The position numbers and the translations under genes were made by a program. From a virus, in the UHGV virus genome UHGV-0037346: 30,178 nt of DNA; one strand, written 5' to 3'. Below the pieces are notes generated by a model. That model saw only the letters and a list, made by a program, of their open reading frames with translations. It was not told the DNA's origin and did not search any database. Shown piece by piece: positions 17,947 to 27,596 of this stretch (its first letter is position 1; every line of letters begins with the position of its first letter).

Positions 17947-19020
17947 TTACGCTCCCGGCTCTGCGGTCGCTTTAGCCGGTGTGGAGAAATCACCGACCTT
18001 AATTTTTTCCACCAGACAACCGGCGGCGTAGTCCTCCACCACGTAATCAATGTTCATTGACTCGTAGTTCTCCACGCGGTCGAGTTTCGGGTTTTCCTCA
18101 ATCACGCGGCGATGGCTGTCATCCATGTAGTAGATGGACAGGTTTTCCAGCTTCGTGATGAGCATCGCATCCGCCGGGAAGTACGGGACGCGTACCGCTG
18201 GCAGGTTGCCGATGCGTTTCTGGCTGATGATGACGTCAGCGGCCAGCATTTCGCTGTTGTCCTGCTCCTTGTTGACGATGGGAAAATACTTGTCCGCCAG
18301 TAGCTGACGTCCCACAATCACCACAAGGTCAGGGTCTTCCTGATACCACGGCTCAATCAGGTTGTTGGTCGCATCCATCACCAGTGCATCAAGGCTGGCA
18401 TAATCACCGCCCTTACCCACGCGGATGACCTCAGAGGTGGTGTGGCCTTCCTCGTCAGTGACCTTGCTCATCACGCGCGCCGGGGCTTCATTGCGGTATT
18501 TCTGCAGCCAGCCGACCGCCACATCCTGCAGCATCGGATTGCTGCTGCGGTCAGAGGTTTCGGCACGCTTCACGCCGTTAAAACCGGCCATGATAAAATC
18601 AAGGGACTGGCGTTTAATAATGGCGTTACGGATACGGAGCTGGAAATCCTGATAACGCGCCCACAGGTCCAGCGTTTTGTAGCGGATATAAAAATCGAAG
18701 TTAATCTGGTCGCATTCGTACTTGTTTGACGCCAGCTTCGAGAAGTCCTTCGGCTGACGCTCGGTGCCACCGGCGGTGTCGGTGGTGCTGGCGATGGAGC
18801 CGGTGACACCAATACCAATTTTTTCCCCTTTCATTTCGCTGACCGGCACAATGTTGATGCGGGTCAGAAAGTCAGAGGACTCCTGCATGGTGTTCATCAG
18901 GGTCTGGGTGACCGACGGTTCAACGGTGAATTTTTTCGACACATCACCGGCGTCGATGCCGTTCAGTTCGGCAACACGGGACAGGTAGGCATTAAATTTA
19001 AAGCGGGTTTCCTGGCGCAT
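17947..19020 (-). CDS. N: Major capsid protein N
   Basis: 357-aa ORF, same size as P2 gpN, between O and M. Confidence 0.9.
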   Translation of the reverse strand: MRQETRFKFNAYLSRVAELNGIDAGDVSKKFTVEPSVTQTLMNTMQESSDFLTRINIVPVSEMKGEKIGIGVTGSIASTTDTAGGTERQPKDFSKLASNKYECDQINFDFYIRYKTLDLWARYQDFQLRIRNAIIKRQSLDFIMAGFNGVKRAETSDRSSNPMLQDVAVGWLQKYRNEAPARVMSKVTDEEGHTTSEVIRVGKGGDYASLDALVMDATNNLIEPWYQEDPDLVVIVGRQLLADKYFPIVNKEQDNSEMLAADVIISQKRIGNLPAVRVPYFPADAMLITKLENLSIYYMDDSHRRVIEENPKLDRVENYESMNIDYVVEDYAAGCLVEKIKVGDFSTPAKATAEPGA

Positions 19021-19078
19021 AGTTTTTCCTGAAATTAAGGGTTAATCGTGAAGGTTTTCCCGGACTGACTGACGCCGG

Positions 19079-19933
19079 TCAGCAGTTCGTCATCAGGGCG
19101 TCACCGCCACCGCCGGTGGCCTTGCTGCGGCGCTGCTGGGTCAGACTTTCGGTGTTGTCGAGACTGTTTTTCAGGCGGGTGAATGCCTGGCTGGTTTCAT
19201 CCGCCCTGTCTGTCACCTCCTGCTTAAGTGCGGAAAAGGCAGTTTCCATCTCAGCGAGGCGCTGCTCAGTGGCGCTCAGTTTTTCCTGCACATGTTCAGC
19301 AACAGCGGTCACCGCTTCATGCACGTCATTCAGACGGGCGTCATCGCTGGCCTGTTTGCGGCCAAAAATGGATTTCACCTTTTCGGTCAGGGCGGTGAAC
19401 ACGGTTTCAGGCAGGTCTTCAAATTCCAGCTCAACGGGCGTTGCCACTGAAATCAGATTTTCAGGGCTTAATTTGAAGCGGTTCAGGGGGTTGTGTTTTG
19501 CCGTGCGGCAGAATTCCAGGTATTCCGTGCCGAGGCTTGCCGGGTCATCGGTGACAGCCAGCCCCACCAGATAACATTTGCCGGTATTGGCAAAGTTCGG
19601 CTGAATTTCCATTGAGGTGTAGACCTTCTGCGCGGCCTTGTTCATCGCGATAAGGTCATCGGTCGGGGTGATTTTCGCAAACAGCGCCCATTTGCCTTTC
19701 AGCGCCGAATCGTCGTCAATCTTTTCGGCCTTCAGTTCGACCACATCGCCATAACGCTTAAAAATACCGTCAGGCAGGATGCCACGCAGATGTTCCAGGT
19801 TAATGCGGCAACCATAGACACGCGGGTCAAAGGTTTCGGCCATTTCCTGAATATCCTGCGCACTGATGACACGCCCGTCACAGGTGTCACCCTCAACGCC
19901 GATACGAAAGAATTTTGAGACTTTTTTTGCCAT
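19079..19933 (-). CDS. O: Capsid scaffolding protein O
   Basis: Start at internal ATG 19933 (MAKKVSKFFRIGVEGDT…) gives 284 aa, matching P2 gpO; coiled-coil C-terminus. Confidence 0.85.
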   Translation of the reverse strand: MAKKVSKFFRIGVEGDTCDGRVISAQDIQEMAETFDPRVYGCRINLEHLRGILPDGIFKRYGDVVELKAEKIDDDSALKGKWALFAKITPTDDLIAMNKAAQKVYTSMEIQPNFANTGKCYLVGLAVTDDPASLGTEYLEFCRTAKHNPLNRFKLSPENLISVATPVELEFEDLPETVFTALTEKVKSIFGRKQASDDARLNDVHEAVTAVAEHVQEKLSATEQRLAEMETAFSALKQEVTDRADETSQAFTRLKNSLDNTESLTQQRRSKATGGGGDALMTNC

Positions 19934-20106
19934 TGTCAGGAGTCCTGAATAGTGATTAGAGGAGTCACATGTCGGCATCAGTTTCCCGACGATGCGCATC
20001 CTCCGCCATCAGTCCCGGATGGCTTATCACTGACACAACAGCACCTTAGCGAATCGCGGGGCGCGACTCAGTAGCCTTGCCGTGTATTCATCACGGCGAG
20101 GTATTC

Positions 20107-21879
20107 ATGACCATCACCACAGACACCACTCTTTTACACGACCCGCGTCGTCAGGCGGCGCTGCTGTACTGGCAGGGGTTTTCCGTGCCGCAGATTGCCG
20201 CCATGTTGCAGATGAAACGCCCGACGGTGCAGAGCTGGAAACAGCGCGACGGCTGGGACAGTGTTGCCCCCATCAGCCGTGTCGAAATGAGTCTGGAAGC
20301 GCGGCTGACCCAGCTCATCATCAAACCGCAGAAAACCGGCGGTGACTTCAAGGAAATTGACCTGCTCGGACGCCAGATTGAACGACTGGCACGGGTCAAC
20401 CGTTACAGTCAGACCGGCAACGAGGCAGACCTTAATCCGAACGTCGCTAACCGCAACAAAGGCGGGCGTCGCAAACCGAAAAAGAATTTTTTCAGCGACG
20501 AAGCCATCGAAAAGCTGGAGCAGATTTTCTTTGAGCAGTCTTTCGACTATCAGTTGCACTGGTATCGCGCCGGGCTTGAGCACCGCATCCGTGATATCCT
20601 GAAATCCCGCCAGATTGGCGCGACGTTTTATTTTTCCCGCGAGGCGCTGCTGCGTGCCCTGAAAACCGGTCATAACCAGATTTTTCTGTCGGCCAGTAAA
20701 ACGCAGGCGTATGTGTTCCGCGAATACATCATCGCCTTTGCCCGGCTGGTTGACGTTGACCTGACCGGTGACCCGATTGTCCTGGGCAATAACGGCGCAA
20801 AACTGATTTTTCTCGGCACCAACTCCAACACCGCGCAGAGCCATAACGGCGACCTGTACGTCGACGAGATTTTCTGGATCCCGAATTTTCAGGTACTGCG
20901 TAAGGTGGCATCAGGTATGGCCTCACAGAGTCACCTGCGCTCGACCTATTTCTCCACCCCGTCCACGCTGGCGCACGACGCCTACCCGTTCTGGTCGGGT
21001 GAACTGTTCAACCGGGGACGCGCCAGCGCCGCCGAACGCGTGGAAATCGACGTCAGCCATAACGCCCTTGCCGGTGGTCTTCTCTGTGCGGACGGCCAGT
21101 GGCGGCAGATTGTCACCATTGAGGACGCACTGAAAGGCGGCTGCACGCTGTTCGACATTGAGCAGCTCAAACGCGAAAACAGCGCCGACGATTTTAAAAA
21201 CCTGTTCATGTGTGAATTTGTTGACGACAAGGCGTCGGTGTTCCCGTTCGAGGAGCTGCAACGCTGCATGGTCGACACGCTGGAAGAATGGGAAGACTAT
21301 GCGCCGTTTGTCGCAAATCCGTTCGGCTCCCGCCCGGTCTGGATTGGTTACGACCCGTCACACCGTGGCGACAGCGCCGGATGCGTGGTGCTGGCACCGC
21401 CGGTGGTGGCCGGTGGCAAATTCAGAATACTTGAGCGTCACCAGTGGAAAGGCATGGACTTTGCCACCCAGGCGGAATCCATCCGCAAACTCACCGAAAA
21501 ATACAACGTCGAATACATCGGAATTGATGCCACCGGCCTCGGTGTCGGCGTGTTCCAGCTCGTGCGCTCGTTCTATCCCGCCGCGCGCGACATCCGCTAC
21601 ACGCCGGAAATGAAAACCGCAATGGTGCTCAAGGCAAAAGACGTCATCCGCCGTGGCTGTCTGGAATATGACGTCAGCGCCACCGACATCACCAGCTCGT
21701 TTATGGCTATCCGCAAGACCATGACCAGCAGCGGACGCAGCGCCACGTATGAGGCCAGCCGCAGCGAGGAAGCCAGCCACGCCGACCTCGCCTGGGCGAC
21801 CATGCACGCCCTGTTAAATGAGCCACTCACCGCCGGTATCAGCACCCCGCTGACATCCACCATTCTGGAGTTTTACTGA
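20107..21879 (+). CDS. P: Terminase large (ATPase) subunit P
   Basis: ATG at 20107 preceded by GAGG; 590 aa as in P2 gpP; divergent from O; ORF track start 20077 is TTG. Confidence 0.9.
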   Translation: MTITTDTTLLHDPRRQAALLYWQGFSVPQIAAMLQMKRPTVQSWKQRDGWDSVAPISRVEMSLEARLTQLIIKPQKTGGDFKEIDLLGRQIERLARVNRYSQTGNEADLNPNVANRNKGGRRKPKKNFFSDEAIEKLEQIFFEQSFDYQLHWYRAGLEHRIRDILKSRQIGATFYFSREALLRALKTGHNQIFLSASKTQAYVFREYIIAFARLVDVDLTGDPIVLGNNGAKLIFLGTNSNTAQSHNGDLYVDEIFWIPNFQVLRKVASGMASQSHLRSTYFSTPSTLAHDAYPFWSGELFNRGRASAAERVEIDVSHNALAGGLLCADGQWRQIVTIEDALKGGCTLFDIEQLKRENSADDFKNLFMCEFVDDKASVFPFEELQRCMVDTLEEWEDYAPFVANPFGSRPVWIGYDPSHRGDSAGCVVLAPPVVAGGKFRILERHQWKGMDFATQAESIRKLTEKYNVEYIGIDATGLGVGVFQLVRSFYPAARDIRYTPEMKTAMVLKAKDVIRRGCLEYDVSATDITSSFMAIRKTMTSSGRSATYEASRSEEASHADLAWATMHALLNEPLTAGISTPLTSTILEFY

Positions 21880-22913
21880 TGAACAAGAAAAAAGGGAAAA
21901 CACCGCAACCTGCGGCAAAAAAAATGACCGCCAGCGCCCCGAAAATGGAGGCATTCACCTTTGGTGAGCCGGTGCCGGTACTCGACCGCCGTGACATTCT
22001 GGATTACGTCGAGTGTATCAGTAACGGCAGATGGTATGAGCCACCGGTCAGCTTTACCGGTCTGGCAAAAAGCCTGCGTGCTGCCGTGCATCACAGCTCA
22101 CCGATTTACGTTAAACGCAATATTCTGGCCTCGACATTTATCCCGCATCCGTGGCTTTCCCAGCAGGATTTCAGCCGCTTTGTGCTGGATTTTCTGGTGT
22201 TCGGCAATGCGTTTCTGGAAAAGCGTTACAGCACCACCGGTAAGGTCATCAGACTGGAAACCTCACCGGCAAAATATACCCGCCGTGGCGTGGAGGAGGA
22301 TGTTTACTGGTGGGTGCCGTCCTTCAACGAGCCGACAGCCTTCGCGCCCGGTTCCGTGTTTCACCTGCTGGAGCCGGATATTAATCAGGAGCTGTACGGC
22401 CTGCCGGAATATCTCAGCGCCCTTAACTCTGCCTGGCTGAATGAGTCGGCCACGCTGTTCCGCCGCAAGTATTACGAAAATGGCGCTCATGCCGGATACA
22501 TCATGTACGTTACCGATGCCGTGCAGGATCGCAACGATATCGAAATGCTTCGCGAAAACATGGTGAAGTCGAAAGGCCGCAACAACTTTAAAAACCTGTT
22601 TCTCTATGCCCCGCAGGGGAAAGCCGACGGCATTAAAATTATCCCGCTCAGTGAAGTGGCGACGAAGGACGATTTTTTTAATATCAAAAAAGCCAGCGCC
22701 GCTGACCTGCTGGACGCACACCGCATCCCCTTTCAGTTGATGGGGGGCAAGCCGGAGAACGTCGGGTCGCTGGGTGATATTGAGAAAGTGGCAAAGGTCT
22801 TTGTCCGCAATGAGCTTATCCCGCTACAGGACAGGATCCGCGAGATAAACGGCTGGCTCGGTCAGGAGGTCATCCGCTTTAAAAACTACTCACTGGACAC
22901 TGACAACGGCTGA
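21879..22913 (+). CDS. Q: Portal protein Q
   Basis: 344-aa ORF, same size as P2 gpQ; start overlaps P stop; followed by terminator and cos. Confidence 0.9.
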   Translation: MNKKKGKTPQPAAKKMTASAPKMEAFTFGEPVPVLDRRDILDYVECISNGRWYEPPVSFTGLAKSLRAAVHHSSPIYVKRNILASTFIPHPWLSQQDFSRFVLDFLVFGNAFLEKRYSTTGKVIRLETSPAKYTRRGVEEDVYWWVPSFNEPTAFAPGSVFHLLEPDINQELYGLPEYLSALNSAWLNESATLFRRKYYENGAHAGYIMYVTDAVQDRNDIEMLRENMVKSKGRNNFKNLFLYAPQGKADGIKIIPLSEVATKDDFFNIKKASAADLLDAHRIPFQLMGGKPENVGSLGDIEKVAKVFVRNELIPLQDRIREINGWLGQEVIRFKNYSLDTDNG

Positions 22914-22918
22914 ACATC

Positions 22919-22940
22919 GCCGCCTGCGGGCGGCTTTTTT
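22919..22940 (+). terminator. Rho-independent terminator downstream of Q
   Basis: GCCGCC-TGCG-GGCGGC hairpin followed by TTTTTT. Confidence 0.65.
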
Positions 22941-23082
22941 ACACCCCGTCATCACGCCCTCACACGCTCACCACCGCACAAAACACCCCGCAGACACACC
23001 AACGCCTCAACGGGCAGACTAAGCGCCTTCACGACGCGCTCAGACGCTGAAAAAATAAAATCAGCACCACCGCCAGCGCGCA

Positions 23083-23101
23083 GTGCTTTCCCCGCCTCGC
23101 C
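23083..23101 (-). other. cos: cos cohesive-end site (P2 type)
   Basis: Reverse complement of 23083-23101 is GGCGAGGCGGGGAAAGCAC, which I recall as the 19-nt P2 cohesive end; located just beyond Q as in P2. Confidence 0.75.
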
Positions 23102-23316
23102 TGCCCGCTTTATGGGTCGGTTTTAATGCAGGTGCACGAATACACCGGAGGCGCGCCGGCACTGGTGGCGCTCAGACGCAACAGGGGAGGAAAACGCATG
23201 CAATTGAATGCATTTCTAGGCACACCTAAAAATGAAAAAATGTTATGACAATTAATCATTTTAAACACACTGATTAAGGGTAGAATTCTCCTAGTAAAAT
23301 CATAGAAAAACCGCTA

Positions 23317-24246
23317 TCAAACCAGGCTTTTGCCTTGCTTCATTTTTTTAGATGAGTCTAAAAATTTGAAATTATCATTAGATGAAAATATTCTTTCTGC
23401 GGTATGCCGAATGACTGAAGTATTGAAGACCGCAGCCTGCTCCTCATTACAACTGAATACACCCTCATGACCATCAAACTCGCCCGCCAAAAGAAGGTTT
23501 TTTGATACTGGGAACAAAACTAAAGTGTCTTTTACACCAAACCCGGGGGAATAAGGGCCTCGTGCTAATTCAGGATTAGTCCACATTAAGCAAACTGGGT
23601 TATCTGAAGTTATAAATGACCCTTGCCCATCAGATATGGTCATAAGTGACCAGTTGCGTTGATGCAACAACTTGGTGATAACAGGTACACATTTCATTTC
23701 CATATCTATCATGAACTCTCTGATTACATTGATTTCGAAATTATCCCCATCCACAAAATTTTTAATTTTTTCGTAAGCGAGATCATATGGCAAAGACTCA
23801 CCCATTTCTTTCTCATAAGCTAATTTGCAATCGTCCCAACGCTCAGCCGAACTAACTGAGGATTTCATGATAAACTTTGCTATTTGTTTCAATGGAGATG
23901 ATAAATGTTCTCGCTGAGCAGGCGTACGTATTGCCAATAAGGAAATAAACTCCAGAATAACATCTTTGGTTTCGCCTGAAAACTCGCCCCCCTCCTCAAG
24001 TTTTCTTAAATGAGTAGCGACACTGCCTTCAAACTCTGCAAGAGAACTCTCGAGATAGTTTGGGTCAACTCCATCCAATTCTAATCGGTTGAAATCTCTA
24101 ACCCCCCCGACATTGCGAGTATTACTCTCAAAGGTTTTGCGCTCCTTTAAATCTATTACAGTTAATTTTGATTTTTTCCCCCCATTACTTGTAAACCCTT
24201 TCAAATAACATTGGGATAAAAAATGATGATGCCTTGCAACACTCAT
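23317..24246 (-). CDS. Hypothetical protein, AT-rich cargo at the cos-A (tin/old-equivalent) locus; possible DUF4238-like
   Basis: ~310 aa from ATG 24246 (GGAG 7 nt upstream); N-terminal HHHFLSQCYLKGF and later …FITSDNP… motifs; clearly AT-rich; no TM segments seen. Confidence 0.55.
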   Translation of the reverse strand: MSVARHHHFLSQCYLKGFTSNGGKKSKLTVIDLKERKTFESNTRNVGGVRDFNRLELDGVDPNYLESSLAEFEGSVATHLRKLEEGGEFSGETKDVILEFISLLAIRTPAQREHLSSPLKQIAKFIMKSSVSSAERWDDCKLAYEKEMGESLPYDLAYEKIKNFVDGDNFEINVIREFMIDMEMKCVPVITKLLHQRNWSLMTISDGQGSFITSDNPVCLMWTNPELARGPYSPGFGVKDTLVLFPVSKNLLLAGEFDGHEGVFSCNEEQAAVFNTSVIRHTAERIFSSNDNFKFLDSSKKMKQGKSLV

Positions 24247-24349
24247 ACTCAGCTCCGTTATGGCTATAATCGCATAAATAATAAGCACTTATATTGCAAT
24301 CATCTAGTTAAATACACAATATTTATGACTCCGAAATTTCATTAAATCA

Positions 24350-26521
24350 CTATTGATAGGTTTTACCAATTAGTGCCAGCTCGAAATGGATGCGTGGAAT
24401 CTGCGAACGTTCAGCCTTTGTCATCCGCCCTGATGGCGCTATCTGGTACGGTTTTAATGGTTCGCAGTTTCTTTGTTGCCAATTCGGTCTCGGTGCACCA
24501 TGTTTTAATGCACTCCTGAGCACCGTCACAACTTCCGGGTCATCCCATCCGATAACACCACTATCAACCAGATTTAACACCGCTGCGGCATGCTCAGACG
24601 GTGTAGGGTGCATAACCGGAACGTCACCGCCGGTGAACTTTCCACAGTTATTGACAGGACTCCGAGGCGCGGCGATGCCGCTTTTTAAAGTCAAAGGCTC
24701 AACGACCGGCACTTTCGGAACAATGCGCCAGTCCGTCGTTCTGGTGATATGAATATGACGCGCGCCGAGATGCGGCGCGTAAATGCCGACCACTCTCTCG
24801 ACTTCTTCCTCGTACTCGTTAACTTCATCCGACGGACTACGGGCAACCCTGACAGTCTGACAATCGCGCGGAACATTTGCCCCACCCTGCGCGCTGATAT
24901 ACAACGCAAAATCACCACTGTCTGCGGCGGCGCGTGCAGCCTCGACGCGTTCGTCAAACTCATCAGCAATGCTGACGCCGCGAGGCAATTTGCGTAGTTC
25001 ACGGTAAGCCCCCATTGTCGGCAGGCCAACCGTTTTAAATTGCGGAATGCGCCACGTTGACGCCCATGCGGTAACAGCCGCGGCAGTGTCTTTCAGCGGC
25101 CTGCCGGTATCGTTATCGAGCTGACCATCCAGTGCATAGCCATCGATGTTTTTTGAGATGTATTTCGCGATATATCCCGCAGCACCGCCCCGGTTAAGGT
25201 GTTTTGCCTGAAAACGGTTTCGCGCGGCTCCTCTTTCGTCACCATCCTCTTTGAGCGCATAGCGACGCATGATTTCGATAATCTGGTTACGCTGGCGTGG
25301 ATTACAAAAAAGCATCATATGCCAGTGCGGCGTTCCGTCGTGGTGTGGCTCGACGACTCGCAAACCGTAGACCTGTAAATCATTATCCTTGAATGCCGTG
25401 CGCATCAGGCTCCAGATGCGGCAGAGATAACGCTGCGCATCCTTTGGATTAAATGCCTCATCATTCCAGCCGTGATTTAGCTGGACGGTTTTACTTTCGC
25501 CTTTTCCGACCTGACGTGTCGGGTGATACTTTGACGGCGCGGTCAGAGTGATAAACATCCCCACATCACCCTCTGCGGCGGCGTAACGCTCAATACCGGC
25601 GATGGTGTTCATCAGCTCCATCCGGCGAATTTCAGGATTAGAAATACTGCCCATCACCTTACTGATAAGGTCGATGCGCTCGCCGGTTTCCCTGTTTTCG
25701 AGGTCACACGATTTAAGAAATTCCAGATTTGCCTGGCGGCGTGCACGCACATCACGAATGGCATGTTTACTGGCATAAGGAGAACGGTCTTTATTGACCT
25801 CCCCGACAGCAATCAGTAACGCCTCATGCCAGCGCATACGCTGGCCTTTAAGCTGATGAGTCCACCACTCATCGTTAAACAGACGGGCAATGGCAGAATA
25901 TGCCTGCCTCGTGGTCATCTGTCCTTTACGGTATTTTTTCCAGTAGAGAGGGGAAATATTGAAAGCACGTGCAGCGCCAGCAACATGACCATACAGATGC
26001 GCCTGCGCCTCATCTGTAAACAGCGATTCTTTCTCGCCATGTGCATCAACCCATGCATCGCAGAGTTCCTCATACATCATGAAAAGCTGCGATGAGATAC
26101 GGGCGGCAAACTTTTTCAGCTCCTTGTCATTCATCCCCGGCAGACGCGCATAATGGTCACGCTCTGCCAGAAACAGCAACGACGCGTCGGTGTTCATTTC
26201 ATGGCGCTGATTCACGCGCTCAATACGCGGCCATAAACGGCGCTGAAAAGTGGATGTGAGGAAATAAAACCCGTGCACCGGGCTTTTATTGCGCCGGATG
26301 TAGTCATAGCGTGAAGTAAACAGCGAGCGCAAAAAGTAAGGCAGGCGATTAATCGTGGATAAAACACCTTGCACCTGACGCATCTCGTCACGTGTAAGGG
26401 GTCTTTCGCGCCCGACGGCCTCGCGTGGCGCGTTCCATGCATAAGCACCGGTAAACGTCTCACCGGTGCCTGCGGCAAATGCTGACGGAGGGACAAAACG
26501 CCCGGAGGCTTTAACGGCCAT
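24350..26521 (-). CDS. A: Replication initiation endonuclease A (rolling-circle, P2 gpA family)
   Basis: Contains GYIAKYISKN tandem-tyrosine active-site motif; N-terminus MAVKASGRFVPPSAFAAGTG…; start taken at ATG 26521 (upstream in-frame TTG at 26563 also possible). Confidence 0.85.
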   Translation of the reverse strand: MAVKASGRFVPPSAFAAGTGETFTGAYAWNAPREAVGRERPLTRDEMRQVQGVLSTINRLPYFLRSLFTSRYDYIRRNKSPVHGFYFLTSTFQRRLWPRIERVNQRHEMNTDASLLFLAERDHYARLPGMNDKELKKFAARISSQLFMMYEELCDAWVDAHGEKESLFTDEAQAHLYGHVAGAARAFNISPLYWKKYRKGQMTTRQAYSAIARLFNDEWWTHQLKGQRMRWHEALLIAVGEVNKDRSPYASKHAIRDVRARRQANLEFLKSCDLENRETGERIDLISKVMGSISNPEIRRMELMNTIAGIERYAAAEGDVGMFITLTAPSKYHPTRQVGKGESKTVQLNHGWNDEAFNPKDAQRYLCRIWSLMRTAFKDNDLQVYGLRVVEPHHDGTPHWHMMLFCNPRQRNQIIEIMRRYALKEDGDERGAARNRFQAKHLNRGGAAGYIAKYISKNIDGYALDGQLDNDTGRPLKDTAAAVTAWASTWRIPQFKTVGLPTMGAYRELRKLPRGVSIADEFDERVEAARAAADSGDFALYISAQGGANVPRDCQTVRVARSPSDEVNEYEEEVERVVGIYAPHLGARHIHITRTTDWRIVPKVPVVEPLTLKSGIAAPRSPVNNCGKFTGGDVPVMHPTPSEHAAAVLNLVDSGVIGWDDPEVVTVLRSALKHGAPRPNWQQRNCEPLKPYQIAPSGRMTKAERSQIPRIHFELALIGKTYQ

Positions 26522-26786
26522 ATGAGCCAAAAGCCTCTGAACAACGCTTGCTGAGTTGCTCAACCTGCGCGTTTAAATCAGCAAAAGACTTTGCGCTTCC
26601 GGTCAGAATATCGTGATGCATCAGGCCGGAAACAAGCTGGCTTAATTTCGGGTAATAACCAACCACCGCCAGCCATTCCTGACCGGCGTTTTTACCGCTT
26701 TCAGCTCTCTTTTTCTCGTGGAGAATAAACTGAAAGCTGTCACTGGTAACGACATAACGTTCGCCAATTTCAATACGAATACTCAT
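26511..26786 (-). CDS. Small early-operon protein (P2 orf83 position)
   Basis: 91-aa ORF, ATG start overlapping upstream stop; no recognisable motif. Confidence 0.5.
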   Translation of the reverse strand: MSIRIEIGERYVVTSDSFQFILHEKKRAESGKNAGQEWLAVVGYYPKLSQLVSGLMHHDILTGSAKSFADLNAQVEQLSKRCSEAFGSYGR

Positions 26787-27007
26787 GACGTTCTCCGGTA
26801 ATGTTTGTTTTTTGCTTCAAAGACTGACTGGCAGGAAACACAACGCGTGGCTGACGGATAAGCCGCACGACGGGCAGCAGGTATTGGCGCGTCACACTCT
26901 TCGCAAACCAGCGCAGAAACACCGCAATGCTTTACCCTTGCCGCGTTAATCTGGCGCTCCAGTAATTCAGCCTGTTGTTCCTGAATAAAATCTACGTTGT
27001 CCGGCAT
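26783..27007 (-). CDS. TraR/DksA-family C4 zinc-finger protein
   Basis: 74 aa; CEEC-x17-CVSC four-cysteine arrangement near C-terminus; position equivalent to P2 orf82. Confidence 0.6.
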   Translation of the reverse strand: MPDNVDFIQEQQAELLERQINAARVKHCGVSALVCEECDAPIPAARRAAYPSATRCVSCQSVFEAKNKHYRRTS

Positions 27008-27309
27008 TACCAGCTCCTTTTGTCGTTAAGTTTTTTAAATTCATCAGCGCAATAGCTGGCAATTTCTGTCGTTAATTTCGTCAGTTCATCCACGGAGGAG
27101 ATTTGCTTGTGAAATACAGCGCGTTTAACAAGTAAATTGACCACATCAGACAGGAGATTTAATTCGTTCTGATAAATCGCGATAACAGACTCAGTTATTT
27201 CGCGTTTTTCTTTATCAAGACCAAGTTGAATAAGAGATAAATCGCCATTTCTCATAACGGCGATTTTTAAGGCGTTATTCAGTAATACAACTGAACGAGA
27301 ACAGGACAT
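27007..27309 (-). CDS. Small early-operon hypothetical protein
   Basis: ~100-aa AT-rich ORF; ATG at 27309 overlaps upstream stop (TGATG). Confidence 0.5.
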   Translation of the reverse strand: MSCSRSVVLLNNALKIAVMRNGDLSLIQLGLDKEKREITESVIAIYQNELNLLSDVVNLLVKRAVFHKQISSVDELTKLTTEIASYCADEFKKLNDKRSW

Positions 27310-27533
27310 CAAAGCACCTCCCCGCGAGACAATCCGATATTGTGAAATTTTTCCGACTCCTGACTGAGCAGCTCGACTATCTCCACGCGGGATAACTCCG
27401 CCTTTGTGATGTGGCGAATCATGGCGTCAAGATGAGAAGAAAAGCGCGTCGCTGCGTCGGCCTGTGCTTCGGTTCTGGCCTGTTGCAGCAGTAATGCGTA
27501 TTTACCGCACTGATTTTCAGAAACTGTATGCAT
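27309..27533 (-). CDS. Small early-operon hypothetical protein
   Basis: ATG at 27533 with GGAGA upstream (MHTVSENQ…); 74 aa. Confidence 0.5.
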   Translation of the reverse strand: MHTVSENQCGKYALLLQQARTEAQADAATRFSSHLDAMIRHITKAELSRVEIVELLSQESEKFHNIGLSRGEVL

Positions 27534-27596
27534 GACTTTCTCCAGGCAAAAAGAAGCCCCGCACAATTAAGTGCGTTAAAAACTCTGGTTAATTAC

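Noticed and set aside
20000-20106. Ogr-type late promoter (TGT-N12-ACA) in the O/P divergent region and upstream of FI
   Set aside because: I could not find a clean TGT-N12-ACA match by eye in either region, so no promoter is annotated.
20134-21807. Minus-strand ORFs (236, 149, 112 aa) within the terminase P gene
   Set aside because: Antisense to a 590-aa terminase with the correct RBS; no independent support.
23102-24349. Presence of P2 old (OLD-family ATPase/TOPRIM nuclease) or tin next to cos
   Set aside because: The interval is too short and contains a single ~310-aa ORF with no Walker A/TOPRIM-like motifs that I can see; old and tin appear to be replaced rather than present.
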